A DNA stretch of 64,000 bases from Thermoanaerobaculia bacterium (GTDB lineage Bacteria; Acidobacteriota; Thermoanaerobaculia; Gp7-AA8), in NCBI GenBank assembly GCA_036001325.1, contig DASYUK010000480.1, positions 1,033-65,032 on the forward strand, written 5' to 3'. The notes below the pieces were generated by a model that saw only the letters and a program-made list of their open reading frames with translations, was not told the DNA's origin and did no database searches. A program made the position numbers and the translations under genes. This document shows positions 7,504 through 17,040 of the stretch, piece by piece (position 1 is the stretch's first letter; each line of letters begins with the position of its first letter).

Positions 7504-9036
7504 TTACTTCCCGATCGGGATGCTTCCGAGCAGATACTTCAAATCGTCGTCGCGCCAGCGGATGCCGCCGCCAATCGTGAAAGCGACGTCATTGAGCGGG
7601 TTGTCGACGCCCGCCGTCACAAAAAGGCGCGGCGTTTTCGGTTTCTCGCGCCGCAGCGTGTACTCGCCATAAGCGCGGAAGTGGGGACTGTTGTCGTAGC
7701 GCTGGCCGAAATCGAACGCTTCGCCGGTGAGCCGTACACGCGGATTGAACTGATAATCCGCGCCGACGCCGCCGGTGTTGTCGATCAGACCGACGCGCAG
7801 GCCGAGGTTATCGAGCAACCATCCCGCCTGCGCGGTGATGCGGAAGTCGCGATCGAATCGCGTCTCGTGCGTGATTGTCGTCGTCGTGATTCCTGTTGCC
7901 GGATTCGTCACGGTGAGAATCGTGTCTTTCTCGCGCTTGCGGCCGCGTGGATCGTCCGCGAGCTCGATGTTGTAGAAGCGGTTCCGATCGACATTCGGAA
8001 TCAATCGAAGCGTGGCCGCCGATCGCGAGCTGCCGCCGAAATTCTTGATTCCGTTCTGTTCCTTGTTGAGACCAGCCATGTAGTCGGCCTTCAGACCGAG
8101 GTCCATGCCGATCTTGCTCACGCGGCCGAGCGTGGTTCTCAGCTCGGTGACGCCCGTATCGACAGAAGCGAGAGCGGACGTGAGCCGCTCGTGCGCTTCG
8201 GGACTGTAGATCAGCTTCCCGACAGTTCCCTGGCCGCTCTTCACCTGGCCGGTGATGTCGTTCAGGTTGGTCGTGGTGATCTTCAAATCGGCGGAGAGCG
8301 TCCGCAGGTTTTCGACGACGCGGCGCAGGTCCTCGCGATTCTCACCGACTGTGCCGCCGATCTGATTGGCCACACGATCGAGCGACGCGGCCAGCTTGGG
8401 GATCTCCATGCGCAGGTCCGCCGTGATCGCGCGCATGTTGCCGACGGTAGCGTCGACGTTCGCGCGGTTCGCGGCGATCAACTCGCGCGTCTCGGCGGTG
8501 ATCAGCCGGACGTTCTCGACGATGTCCTCGAGCCTCTCTTGGCCGCCCGGTCCCGCCATCACGTGCCGCAGAGATTCGGTGATCGCTTTCACGTCGGCGG
8601 CGATGAGTGAGATCTGATTCGTCACGTCATCGATCGATGCCGGCGAGGTTCCTCGCAGCGTCACGGTCACCTGCGGCGGCATCGCCGGCGCGTTCTGCGT
8701 TCCCGGATCGAGCTCGACGTATTTCTCGCCCAGGAGACCGAGGTTCGCGACGTGCGCCGAAGCGTTGCTGCGCATCGGGACGTCGTCATCGATCTCCAGC
8801 GTCACTTCCGCTTTCCCGTTCGGGAGCAGCCGGATCTTCGACACTTTTCCCTTGCGCACGCCGGCCACGCGCACGGCTGATTTCTCATCGAGACCGGCGA
8901 CATTGTCGAAGATCACCTTGACCTGGCGCGTCCCTTTGCCGCGACTGATGTCGATGTCCTCGATCTTCAGGATGAAGTAGCCGAGGATGCCGAGGATGAT
9001 CAGCATGAAGACGCCGACTTTGGCTGCTGGTGACAT
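7504..9036 (-). CDS. MCE/MlaD-family protein with long C-terminal extension
   Basis: N-terminal TM plus MCE domain (VKVIFDNVAGLDEKSAVRVAGVRKGKV); about 350 aa extension ending in beta-strand-rich region with terminal aromatic-rich segment. Confidence 0.8.
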   Translation of the reverse strand: MSPAAKVGVFMLIILGILGYFILKIEDIDISRGKGTRQVKVIFDNVAGLDEKSAVRVAGVRKGKVSKIRLLPNGKAEVTLEIDDDVPMRSNASAHVANLGLLGEKYVELDPGTQNAPAMPPQVTVTLRGTSPASIDDVTNQISLIAADVKAITESLRHVMAGPGGQERLEDIVENVRLITAETRELIAANRANVDATVGNMRAITADLRMEIPKLAASLDRVANQIGGTVGENREDLRRVVENLRTLSADLKITTTNLNDITGQVKSGQGTVGKLIYSPEAHERLTSALASVDTGVTELRTTLGRVSKIGMDLGLKADYMAGLNKEQNGIKNFGGSSRSAATLRLIPNVDRNRFYNIELADDPRGRKREKDTILTVTNPATGITTTTITHETRFDRDFRITAQAGWLLDNLGLRVGLIDNTGGVGADYQFNPRVRLTGEAFDFGQRYDNSPHFRAYGEYTLRREKPKTPRLFVTAGVDNPLNDVAFTIGGGIRWRDDDLKYLLGSIPIGK

Positions 9037-9039
9037 GAT

Positions 9040-9624
9040 TCACTCCGATACGTTCAGCGGATCGATCCCCGCCTTCCTCATCATCTGAAAGAGCAGAGCA
9101 AGAGGCAATCCCACGACGTTCGTATAGCTGCCGTGAATGGAGTCGATAAAAATCGCGCCCACTCCCTGCGCGGCGTAGGCGCCCGCTTTATCGAGCGGCT
9201 CGCCAGTCTTCACATACCACTCGATGTCGCTCTGCGAAAGTGGAAGCATGCGCACCTCCGATTCGGCCACGCGCGTGTCACTGTACTGACGTTCGACGTT
9301 CTGCAACGTCACGCCGGTGTAAACCGTATGCGTGCGGCCGGCGATCGTCGCGAGCATTCGCTTCGCATCGGAGGCATCGACGGGTTTCTCCAGAAGCTGA
9401 TCACCGAGCAGGACGGTCGTGTCGGCGGCGATCACCCAACGCGACGGATGCTGCTTCGCGATCGCTTCCGCCTTTTCACGCGCGAGTCGCGCTACGTACT
9501 CTTCCGGTGCCTCGCCTGCCCGACGTTCTTCGGGAACATGACTCGGCACGACGTCGAATTCCACGCCGATCGATGCGAGAAGCTCGCGTCGCCGCGGTGA
9601 TGATGAGGCGAGGATGAAGCGCAT
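9040..9624 (-). CDS. maf: Maf-like nucleoside triphosphate pyrophosphatase
   Basis: MRFILASSSPRRRELL N-terminus; start ATG overlaps toxin stop (TGATG); ORF-track N-terminal extension is read-through of the toxin gene. Confidence 0.9.
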   Translation of the reverse strand: MRFILASSSPRRRELLASIGVEFDVVPSHVPEERRAGEAPEEYVARLAREKAEAIAKQHPSRWVIAADTTVLLGDQLLEKPVDASDAKRMLATIAGRTHTVYTGVTLQNVERQYSDTRVAESEVRMLPLSQSDIEWYVKTGEPLDKAGAYAAQGVGAIFIDSIHGSYTNVVGLPLALLFQMMRKAGIDPLNVSE

Positions 9625-9896
9625 CACCCGGCCCGGCCGATCGAGAGAATGACAATGAAGCGCGCTTCCGGCATGATCCGATAAAGGATGCGCAGGTGCG
9701 CGACGCGATAGCTCCACAGTCCTTTGAACGGCTCGAATAGCGGCACGCCGGTGATCGGATCCTCGTCGATCGCCTCCAGCGCCTTTCTGACCATCTCCTG
9801 CTCCGCGCTGCTCAGCGACCGCCACTCCGCTTCAACCGACTCCGCGATCCGAAGCCGGTCATTCCACAAAGAGATCCTCCGGCAGGAGCATCGCAT
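9624..9896 (-). CDS. RelE/ParE-family type II toxin
   Basis: About 90 aa; C-terminal ...FKGLWSYRVAHLRILYRIMPEARFIVILSIGRAG matches the RelE/ParE fold signature; overlaps antitoxin 3' end. Confidence 0.75.
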   Translation of the reverse strand: MRCSCRRISLWNDRLRIAESVEAEWRSLSSAEQEMVRKALEAIDEDPITGVPLFEPFKGLWSYRVAHLRILYRIMPEARFIVILSIGRAG

Positions 9897-10119
9897 TGCG
9901 GCGAATCTGCTCGTCGGCCGCGTCGATGCGCTCGCGCAGCACCGTGTCGTTGGCGATATCCACCGTTTCGCGAAGAGCGAGGTATTCGTCGTACGAGGCG
10001 AGAATGGCGACGGCACGGTCGCCTCGAACGAAGAGCGTTCGCTTACCGGTCAGCTCGCACTCGCCGACGAGCGCTCGCACGGCGTCCGGCAGGTCGAGAA
10101 TCTCGAGTCGCTTTTCCAT
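9859..10119 (-). CDS. Phd/YefM-family antitoxin
   Basis: 86 aa; ...AVAILASYDEYLALRETVDI... typical Phd/YefM; immediately upstream of and overlapping the toxin. Confidence 0.8.
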   Translation of the reverse strand: MEKRLEILDLPDAVRALVGECELTGKRTLFVRGDRAVAILASYDEYLALRETVDIANDTVLRERIDAADEQIRRNAMLLPEDLFVE

Positions 10120-10981
10120 TTCCGAAGAGCCCCTGCAGGTACGCGCGGAACTCGGCGCCGACGTCGGGATGATGCAGGGCGAAGTCGACCGTCGCCTTCA
10201 GGTATCCGAGTTTCTCGCCCGCGTCATAGCGATGGCCGTCGAACACGTAGCCGTAGAAGTCACCCTGGCGGACGAGCTCCCGCATCGCATCGGTGAGCTG
10301 GATCTCGCCGCCTGCGCCGCGCTCTGTCTTTGCGAGAAGCGGGAAGATATCCGCCGGCAGGATGTAGCGGCCGATGATCGCGTAGTGAGACGGCGGTTTG
10401 ATCTTCGGCTTCTCCACCATGTCGGTGACTTTGAATCGACGCTTGCCGATCAGCTCCCCGGCGACGATTCCGTAACGCGATGTCTCGCTCGCTGAAACTT
10501 CCATCAGCGCGACCACTGGACGACCGGTTTCTTCGAACACGCGCCGCATCTGAGACAGGCACGGTTCGTCGGACAGGATCACGTCATCGGGCAGCAGCAC
10601 CGCGAAGGGCTCGTTGACGACCGCATCGCGCGCCATGAGCACCGCGTGTCCGAGTCCGAGGGCGTCCTTCTGCCGGATGGAGATGAGGTCGACCATCTTG
10701 CCGGCCGCTTCGACTTCGGCGAGGAGATCGTTCTTGCCGCGCTCGCGGAGTTGCCGTTCGAGACCCGAAGAGCGATCGAAATGGTCGAGGATCGACTCCT
10801 TCCCCTTCGATGTGATGATGATCAGCTTGTCGAAGCCTGAGTCGCGCGCTTCTTCGATCCCATACTGAAGAATCGGCTTATCGACGAGCGGCAGCATCTC
10901 TTTGGGGATGACTTTCGTCGCCGGAAAAAAACGAGTACCGAAACCGGCACACGGAAACACACACGTTCGCAAGTTAGTCAT
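10043..10981 (-). CDS. galU: UTP--glucose-1-phosphate uridylyltransferase
   Basis: FPCAGFGTRFFPATKVIPKEMLPLVDKP N-terminal nucleotidyltransferase motif; C-terminal tail overlaps antitoxin gene by about 77 nt. Confidence 0.9.
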   Translation of the reverse strand: MTNLRTCVFPCAGFGTRFFPATKVIPKEMLPLVDKPILQYGIEEARDSGFDKLIIITSKGKESILDHFDRSSGLERQLRERGKNDLLAEVEAAGKMVDLISIRQKDALGLGHAVLMARDAVVNEPFAVLLPDDVILSDEPCLSQMRRVFEETGRPVVALMEVSASETSRYGIVAGELIGKRRFKVTDMVEKPKIKPPSHYAIIGRYILPADIFPLLAKTERGAGGEIQLTDAMRELVRQGDFYGYVFDGHRYDAGEKLGYLKATVDFALHHPDVGAEFRAYLQGLFGNGKATRDSRPAGRRASARRRVRADR

Positions 10982-10991
10982 GCACAGCAAG

Positions 10992-11015
10992 CATAACCGA
11001 GGACCGAGGACCGAG
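10992..11015. repeat. tandem heptamer (CCGAGGA)x3 immediately upstream of galU start; same 24-mer recurs at 45898-45925
   Basis: aaccgaggaccgaggaccgaggac identical at both loci. Confidence 0.8.
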
Positions 11016-11079
11016 GACTGGTGGTTGACACAGAACTTGCTTTGGCGGAATGACGTACTACTATTCTGAACTGCAGGCG

Positions 11080-13002
11080 ATGCGTAAATCCCTCATTTTT
11101 ATCGGCGTTCTTCTCGTGGCGATTCCGGTTTCGGCGCAATGGCGGCGCGCCGGACTCTTCGGTGCGGACGTTCGCGCGCTGGTTGCCGATCCGGTCGATC
11201 CCGATGTGCTTTATCTCGGCACGAGCGGCGGCGAAGTCTATGTCTCCACCGACGGCGCGAAGAGCTGGAGCAATGCGCGCAACGGCGTTCCCTTCCCCGG
11301 CTACGTCGTCGACAACCTCGTGATCGATCGCAATGGACGTCTGTGGACGGCATGCTGGGGTTTGTGGGGCGGGAGCGTCATCGCGGTCTCTGACGATCGC
11401 GGCAAAACATGGACGCGGCGCGACGCCGGTCTCGAGGACTCTTCGATCCGCGCGATCGCGATCGATCCGAACGATGCCGACTTCGTCATCGTCGGAGGTC
11501 TGGGCGGCGTCTATCGCAGCACGGACGGCGGCGAAACGTGGGAAAAGATCTCGGATCAGGAAAACGTCGAATCGCTGGCCATCGATCCGCGCACGCACGA
11601 TCGCATGTACATCGGTACGTGGCGCCAGGGTTGGCGCACGGACGATGGCGGGCAGACGTGGGTGCGCATCAACAACGGCATGGTGCTCGATACCGACATG
11701 TTCGGGATCACGTTTGACCCGAACGATCCTGACAACATCTGGGTCTCGACCTGCGGCTGGGTTTACAACACCGTGAATCGGGGCGATCAGTGGACGCGCT
11801 ATCGTGACGGCTTCAACAACCGGCGCGTTCACGATGTCGAGATCGATCCGTGCGAACCCGACACGATCTACGCCGGCTCGGTCGGCGGACTCTATCGCTC
11901 CGATGATCGCGGCAAGAGCTGGTACAGCGTCTCGAGCGAGGACCTCGTCGTGACCTCGGTCGTTCTCCATCCGCAGCGTCCCGATCGCATCATCCTCGGC
12001 GTTGAAGGCGATGGCGTGTATGTGTCGGACGATCGCGCCAGGTCGTTCACGCGCTCGTCGGACGGTTTGCACAACTTGCGCATCACTGCGATCGTCCCCG
12101 ATCCGTCGGCAAAGGACGTCGTCTACGCGGCGGTGGCATTCGGTGGCACAGCATCGGGTGTCTACCGCTCCGACGATGGAGCGAAGAGTTGGATGCGCAC
12201 GAGCACCACGCGCATGCCGGAGGTGTTGTCGATCGTCGTCGCTCCGGAAGCGGATGCGGAAGTGAAGTACGTCGCCGGAACGGAGAAGGGATTTTTCTGG
12301 AGCGGCGATGCAGTGGAATGGACGCGAGCCGAGCCTGTGAACTCTCCGGTTCGTGTCAACAAAGTGCTTCGCTTCAATAACACGCGATTGTTCGCCGCGA
12401 CTTCAGAAGGCGTGTTCACGACGCGCGACGCAGGAAAGAGCTGGTATCGCCTCGCCGGATCCGACAGCCGCACGGTCGATATCGCCCTCGGCAACCTCGG
12501 ATCGAACAAGGCGCTGTTCGCATTGACCGCGAATGGCATGACGGTCTTCGACGGCGAGAAGTGGTTGGCCGTGGCCAATTCGCCGGCGACCGGCCGGACG
12601 ATCGCGATCCGCACTGTCGGCGGGGTGCAGTATGTGTTCGTCGCGGGCGCGCAGGGCGTGAAGGCCGGACGCATTACTGACGAGGGCAGCGATTGGATCG
12701 CTTCCGATGCTCCCGATGCGCAATACGCTGCGGTGTACGGCTCCTCGCGCAGGCTGTTTCTCACGTCGCGGCAGCAGCGCGAAATCCTCGTCGGCAGTCC
12801 CGATGATAGCGACTGGCTCCAGATCGTCCTTCCGTCGCAGAACACGGAAGTCACGACGATCGTCCCCGATCCGTTCACCGATCGCTTCTACGTCGGCACG
12901 GTCGGCGAGGGCGTGTTCGTATTCGACGGCAAGATGCAGCGCTACGTCCGGCACGAGCCGGCGCCGGCGACAACCGCGGCAGGTGCGGGCGCCGCGCAGT
13001 AG
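11080..13002 (+). CDS. secreted BNR/Asp-box repeat beta-propeller protein (Ycf48/sialidase-like fold)
   Basis: Signal peptide MRKSLIFIGVLLVAIPVSA; at least 8 S-x-D-x-G-x-(T/S)-W repeats (STDGAKSW, SDDRGKTW, STDGGETW, TDDGGQTW...). Confidence 0.75.
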   Translation: MRKSLIFIGVLLVAIPVSAQWRRAGLFGADVRALVADPVDPDVLYLGTSGGEVYVSTDGAKSWSNARNGVPFPGYVVDNLVIDRNGRLWTACWGLWGGSVIAVSDDRGKTWTRRDAGLEDSSIRAIAIDPNDADFVIVGGLGGVYRSTDGGETWEKISDQENVESLAIDPRTHDRMYIGTWRQGWRTDDGGQTWVRINNGMVLDTDMFGITFDPNDPDNIWVSTCGWVYNTVNRGDQWTRYRDGFNNRRVHDVEIDPCEPDTIYAGSVGGLYRSDDRGKSWYSVSSEDLVVTSVVLHPQRPDRIILGVEGDGVYVSDDRARSFTRSSDGLHNLRITAIVPDPSAKDVVYAAVAFGGTASGVYRSDDGAKSWMRTSTTRMPEVLSIVVAPEADAEVKYVAGTEKGFFWSGDAVEWTRAEPVNSPVRVNKVLRFNNTRLFAATSEGVFTTRDAGKSWYRLAGSDSRTVDIALGNLGSNKALFALTANGMTVFDGEKWLAVANSPATGRTIAIRTVGGVQYVFVAGAQGVKAGRITDEGSDWIASDAPDAQYAAVYGSSRRLFLTSRQQREILVGSPDDSDWLQIVLPSQNTEVTTIVPDPFTDRFYVGTVGEGVFVFDGKMQRYVRHEPAPATTAAGAGAAQ

Positions 13003-13368
13003 CTAAACGAAACACGCAATCACCAGACTCACAGCGGCGACGCCGATCGCGATCGTGGGTACGCGAAACCAATACTTGAGCGCGAGCACTTCGTAGACCG
13101 CGGCGATGAGCGCAAGGATCCACGTCGGCATCGCGGCCATCACACAGACAACGCCGAACACAACGGCGCCGAGGCTGTGACTGAGGTTGAAGCCGAGCCA
13201 CGCATCCCACATGTTCGTGTTGCGGGAGAGGCGAACAGCGGTCGACTTCATGTGCTCCATGACGCGCGGATCGACCGGCGCGAGGCGCTCAAGAAACGTG
13301 AAGAGAGCGTGTAGAAGACCGAGCGCACAGAAAATCACGCCGGCGAAGACGACCAGATAGTGGCTCAA
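13003..13368 (-). CDS. hypothetical 4-TM membrane protein
   Basis: 121 aa ORF with GC3-rich codons; no recognised family. Confidence 0.45.
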   Translation of the reverse strand: MSHYLVVFAGVIFCALGLLHALFTFLERLAPVDPRVMEHMKSTAVRLSRNTNMWDAWLGFNLSHSLGAVVFGVVCVMAAMPTWILALIAAVYEVLALKYWFRVPTIAIGVAAVSLVIACFV

Positions 13369-13838
13369 CGTGATACGGGATCGTAGTAGCGGACGGCCAG
13401 ATATCCGAATCCCTTCTTCCCATAATCCGATTTCGGATCATCGGACAGGACGACCATGATGTTCGGAAGGCGGTCGTCGTAGACCACGATCGAATCCGAT
13501 CGAACGCTGGGCTTCGGATTGCCGTGCTTCTTCTTCAGCAGCGACTTCTGCTCCGCAAAGGCGGCGCGAATTTCGGGAAGGATGGCGAAGAGCTCGAAGC
13601 GAATCGAGCGCAGACGATCGCGATGGAAGTCGAGCGTGAGCGCTTTGTCCTCGCTGTAGTCGACAACCACCTCGTTGTCGTCTTTGCCGCGCTTCACCGT
13701 CCAGCCCGCGTCGCGCAGCGTCCTTTCCGCATCGGCGCGGGTCATGCCGATCGTCAGCCGGAACGACTGTGGCGTCATCCACGACGTTTTGGAATTGGAT
13801 GGGAACGAAGAGACGAGGAGGAGAAGAATGATGGCCAT
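13365..13838 (-). CDS. hypothetical secreted protein
   Basis: N-terminal signal-like MAIILLLLVSSFPS; no recognised family. Confidence 0.45.
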   Translation of the reverse strand: MAIILLLLVSSFPSNSKTSWMTPQSFRLTIGMTRADAERTLRDAGWTVKRGKDDNEVVVDYSEDKALTLDFHRDRLRSIRFELFAILPEIRAAFAEQKSLLKKKHGNPKPSVRSDSIVVYDDRLPNIMVVLSDDPKSDYGKKGFGYLAVRYYDPVSR

Positions 13839-13841
13839 GCG

Positions 13842-14516
13842 TCAATGGACGTAGGTGTCGGTCTGAATGTCCTTTCGCGATTGCACGATCGAAGTCGCCA
13901 GCACGACGCGCCGGCCGATCTCTTCCCACTGTTGCGTGCGAACCAGATCGGGCATCGCGAGAGAAGGACCGAGATTCACAGCGACGCAGCCGGCGTCGAG
14001 GTAGGCATCGATCATGTCCAGCGGCACCGGACCGCCCGCAAGCATGGGGATGTCGCGAATCGGTCCGCGGATCGTGCGGATGTAGTCAGGGCCGCCGAAG
14101 AATTGTGCGGGGTAGACCTTGACGATGTCCGCTCCCGCTTCCCAGGCGCGGATGATCTCGGTCGGCGTTGCCGCGCCGGCGATCGAGAGCAGATCATTCT
14201 CGAGCGCGTACTCGATCACGCGGACGTCCGTGTGCGGCGAGACGATCGCTTTCGCCCCTGCCCGCCGCGCCGACGCGGCGTCATTCGAGCTGCGCACCGT
14301 TCCGGCGGCAACGATGACGTCGTCTCGAGCGTACTTTTGGGCGATGTGGGAGATGAGATCGAAGGCGTCGGGCGAGGTCAGAGTGATCTCGACGATCGAA
14401 ATCCCGTTGCGCGCGTACGCATCGGCGACGGCGCGCGCCGCGGCGGCACTATCCTCTCGTACCACCCCGATAATCTGTTCGGAGCAGACGCGCTCCAGGA
14501 GCTCTTTTCGTGACAT
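13842..14516 (-). CDS. eda: KDPG/KHG aldolase (2-dehydro-3-deoxyphosphogluconate aldolase)
   Basis: TIM-barrel aldolase motifs ...GISIVEITLTSPDA...VAAGTV...KVYPA... Confidence 0.85.
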   Translation of the reverse strand: MSRKELLERVCSEQIIGVVREDSAAAARAVADAYARNGISIVEITLTSPDAFDLISHIAQKYARDDVIVAAGTVRSSNDAASARRAGAKAIVSPHTDVRVIEYALENDLLSIAGAATPTEIIRAWEAGADIVKVYPAQFFGGPDYIRTIRGPIRDIPMLAGGPVPLDMIDAYLDAGCVAVNLGPSLAMPDLVRTQQWEEIGRRVVLATSIVQSRKDIQTDTYVH

Positions 14517-14577
14517 GAAGCGTAATTAGGTTAACACGCGACATGCGCTAAGCTGTTGCCGCCCACGGAGGTCGCTC

Positions 14578-15552
14578 ATGGCCCTGGTCAACAAAGCCAT
14601 CAACGAGGTCACCGTCAAACTGGTCTATTACGGTCCCGGTTTGTGCGGCAAGACCACGAACCTCGAGAAGATTTACGGAAATCCGAAGCTCGAGAACAAG
14701 GGAAAGATGATCTCGATGGCCACCGAGACCGACCGGACGCTCTTCTTCGACTTCATGCCGATGGAGCTCGGCACGGTCGGCGGTCAGAAGGTGCGCGTAC
14801 AGCTCTACACCGTGCCCGGACAGGTCTTTTACGACGCGACGCGCAAGCTGGTGCTGCGCGGCGCGGACGGCGTCGTCTTCGTTGCCGACTCGCAGGACAC
14901 GATGCGCGAGTCGAACCTCGACAGCCTCGAGAACCTGAAGACGAATCTGCGTCTCAATCGCCTCGATCCGGAGAAGGTGGCGATCGTCTTTCAGTACAAC
15001 AAGCGCGATCTGCCGAACGTCGATTCGGTCGATGACATGAACGCATACCTCAATCCGGGAACCGCGCCGGTCGTCGAGGCGGCGGCGATTTCCGGAATGG
15101 GCGTGACGGCGACGCTGCGCGCCGCGATCGCGAAGATTCTCGAGAACCTGAAGCACAACGTCGACACGACACTGCACGATCAGCCGGAGCTTGCCGCACC
15201 GGACATGAAGGCGAAGTCGGGCGTGACGTCCGCTTCGGCCGGAACGCCGAAACTCTCGATGCGGACGGAAGGCGGAACGCGCACCGAAGCGCCGGCCACG
15301 CCGGCCAAGACGCAAGTGGGAACGCGTCCCGTTCCGGCGCCATCGCCGGCATTCGTCGCGCCGGTCCTCGATGAAGAAGATCCGTTCGCCGATGCCGCTC
15401 CCGCGTCTCCGCAGCCGCAGACCGGCAATGGTCGCGCGGACATCGAGTCCATGCTGGCCAGCACCCGCGAGATGATCCGCGCGCTGGAAGTGGCGCTCGA
15501 GAAAGCAAAGCAGAACGAACGATCGCTGGCGGAGAAACTTGGCCGCCTGTAG
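14578..15552 (+). CDS. mglA: MglA-family Ras-like GTPase with ~130-aa Ala/Pro-rich and coiled-coil C-terminal extension
   Basis: N-terminal 190 aa align closely with MglA (KLVYYGPGLCGKTTNL, TETDRTLFFDF, LYTVPGQVFYDA, VFVADSQ, QYNKRDLPN). Confidence 0.85.
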   Translation: MALVNKAINEVTVKLVYYGPGLCGKTTNLEKIYGNPKLENKGKMISMATETDRTLFFDFMPMELGTVGGQKVRVQLYTVPGQVFYDATRKLVLRGADGVVFVADSQDTMRESNLDSLENLKTNLRLNRLDPEKVAIVFQYNKRDLPNVDSVDDMNAYLNPGTAPVVEAAAISGMGVTATLRAAIAKILENLKHNVDTTLHDQPELAAPDMKAKSGVTSASAGTPKLSMRTEGGTRTEAPATPAKTQVGTRPVPAPSPAFVAPVLDEEDPFADAAPASPQPQTGNGRADIESMLASTREMIRALEVALEKAKQNERSLAEKLGRL

Positions 15553-15555
15553 TCG

Positions 15556-17040
15556 ATGACCCTTCGCGTCCCGCTGGAGCATTACCCCGGGTTCAACCGG
15601 TTTGTCATCGACTGGCTTCATGGCGACGCGCGATTTCTTCCGCGCACGGAACACAAAAAACGCGCGCGAATGATCGACGCAACGCTCGTCGAAGCGCTCG
15701 CCGACTCCAACCATCGCTGGGGTCTCTCCGTCAAAGACGATTTGCAACGCTGGGCGCGAGGCCAATCGATCACGATCGTCGGCGGCCAGCAGGTGGGCTT
15801 TGGCGGCGGCCCGCTCTATACGTTGGCGAAGATCGCGTCGCTTCTGAAAATGAAACGCGATCTCGAGCGCAGCGGCACGCCGGCGACCGTGCTGTTCTGG
15901 CTGGCCAACGAAGATCACGACTTCGACGAAGTAGCGCAGCTTTGCGCGCCCGTGCGCAATCGCCAGCTCGATCTTCACTGCATGCGCGCGTCACGGAGCG
16001 GGCAGTCGAAGCTCGCTGTCGGGCGCGTGCCGATTCCTGAGGCGCTCATCACGGAATTTCTCGCCTTCTATGAGATCGAACGGCCATCGTGGCTGCGCGA
16101 AGGAATCGACTTCGGCGATTCGTTCGCCGAGCTGGTCGCGAGCATCTTCGGCAGCGAGATCATCCTCGTCGATGCGCTGCTGCCGGAGCTGCGCCGCGCC
16201 GGGAAACCGTTGTTCGATTCAATCTTCGCGCAATGGCAGGACATCGAGCGAGCGATCGCGAATCGATCGCGCGAACTGATCGACGCCGGGTACTCGCCGC
16301 AGGTGCTGCCGCGCGACGCGGAGTCGTACTCGCTGCTCTTCGAGCTGGACGAGCGTTTCGAGCGTCATCTCGTCGATGGTCCGCGCCAGATCGTGCCTGA
16401 GCGTATCTCCACGACTGCACTGACTCGCCCCTTGCTGCAGGATTTCGTTCTGCAGCCCGACATTTTCATCGGCGGGCCGGCCGAGGTCGCCTATTACGCG
16501 CAGATTGCATCGCTTTACAAAATGCTGAACGTGCCGATGCCGCGCGTGGCGCTGCGCGGGCACACGCTCGTCGCGCCGAAGAGAGTCGTTCGTTTCATGG
16601 AACGATACGAGATCAGGCCGGAAGAGGTCTTCACATCGCCCGATGACCTTCTCGCAGCGCGAGAGCCGGAAGGCGTCACGCAGATCCGGCGCGAAGCGGA
16701 GGCGGCGCGCAAAGATTTGATGAAGCGCATCGAGCGCATCGGCGAGCTCGCGCTTCCGGCCGAGCACGCGCTCGCGCGCGCCATCGCGCGCTCGATCGGC
16801 CACGTCGAGTACCACTTCAACAAACTCGCCGAGCGCGCCATCCGCGGGCTGGTGCGCAAAGACAAAGAACGATACGCTGCGACCAGGGAGCTTCTCGCGA
16901 CCTTGTACCCCGATCGTCATGTGCAGGACCGCGTCGTCGGCTGGTATGCCTACTGGCTCGAGTACGGACAACATCTCGTCGATTCGCTGATCGAAGAGAC
17001 CGAGCCCGATACGGCGTCGTTCAAAATCATCGGTCTATGA
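15556..17040 (+). CDS. bshC: bacillithiol biosynthesis cysteine-adding enzyme BshC
   Basis: 494 aa; conserved BshC/YllA N-terminal ...GGQQVGFGGGPLYTLAKI... region; 4 nt after mglA stop. Confidence 0.85.
   Translation: MTLRVPLEHYPGFNRFVIDWLHGDARFLPRTEHKKRARMIDATLVEALADSNHRWGLSVKDDLQRWARGQSITIVGGQQVGFGGGPLYTLAKIASLLKMKRDLERSGTPATVLFWLANEDHDFDEVAQLCAPVRNRQLDLHCMRASRSGQSKLAVGRVPIPEALITEFLAFYEIERPSWLREGIDFGDSFAELVASIFGSEIILVDALLPELRRAGKPLFDSIFAQWQDIERAIANRSRELIDAGYSPQVLPRDAESYSLLFELDERFERHLVDGPRQIVPERISTTALTRPLLQDFVLQPDIFIGGPAEVAYYAQIASLYKMLNVPMPRVALRGHTLVAPKRVVRFMERYEIRPEEVFTSPDDLLAAREPEGVTQIRREAEAARKDLMKRIERIGELALPAEHALARAIARSIGHVEYHFNKLAERAIRGLVRKDKERYAATRELLATLYPDRHVQDRVVGWYAYWLEYGQHLVDSLIEETEPDTASFKIIGL

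Noticed and set aside
13524-14513. 329-aa plus ORF opposite KDPG aldolase; likewise 14548-15978 opposite mglA/bshC, 19269-21194 opposite slt, 21941-23302 opposite proS, 25194-26735 and 26975-28393 opposite the LLM/asparaginase genes, 33212-34414 opposite GGDEF-EAL, 39137-40699 opposite DUF4097, 53739-55385 opposite the kinase
   Set aside because: All are antisense shadows of genes with clear family signatures; none shows motifs of any known family.
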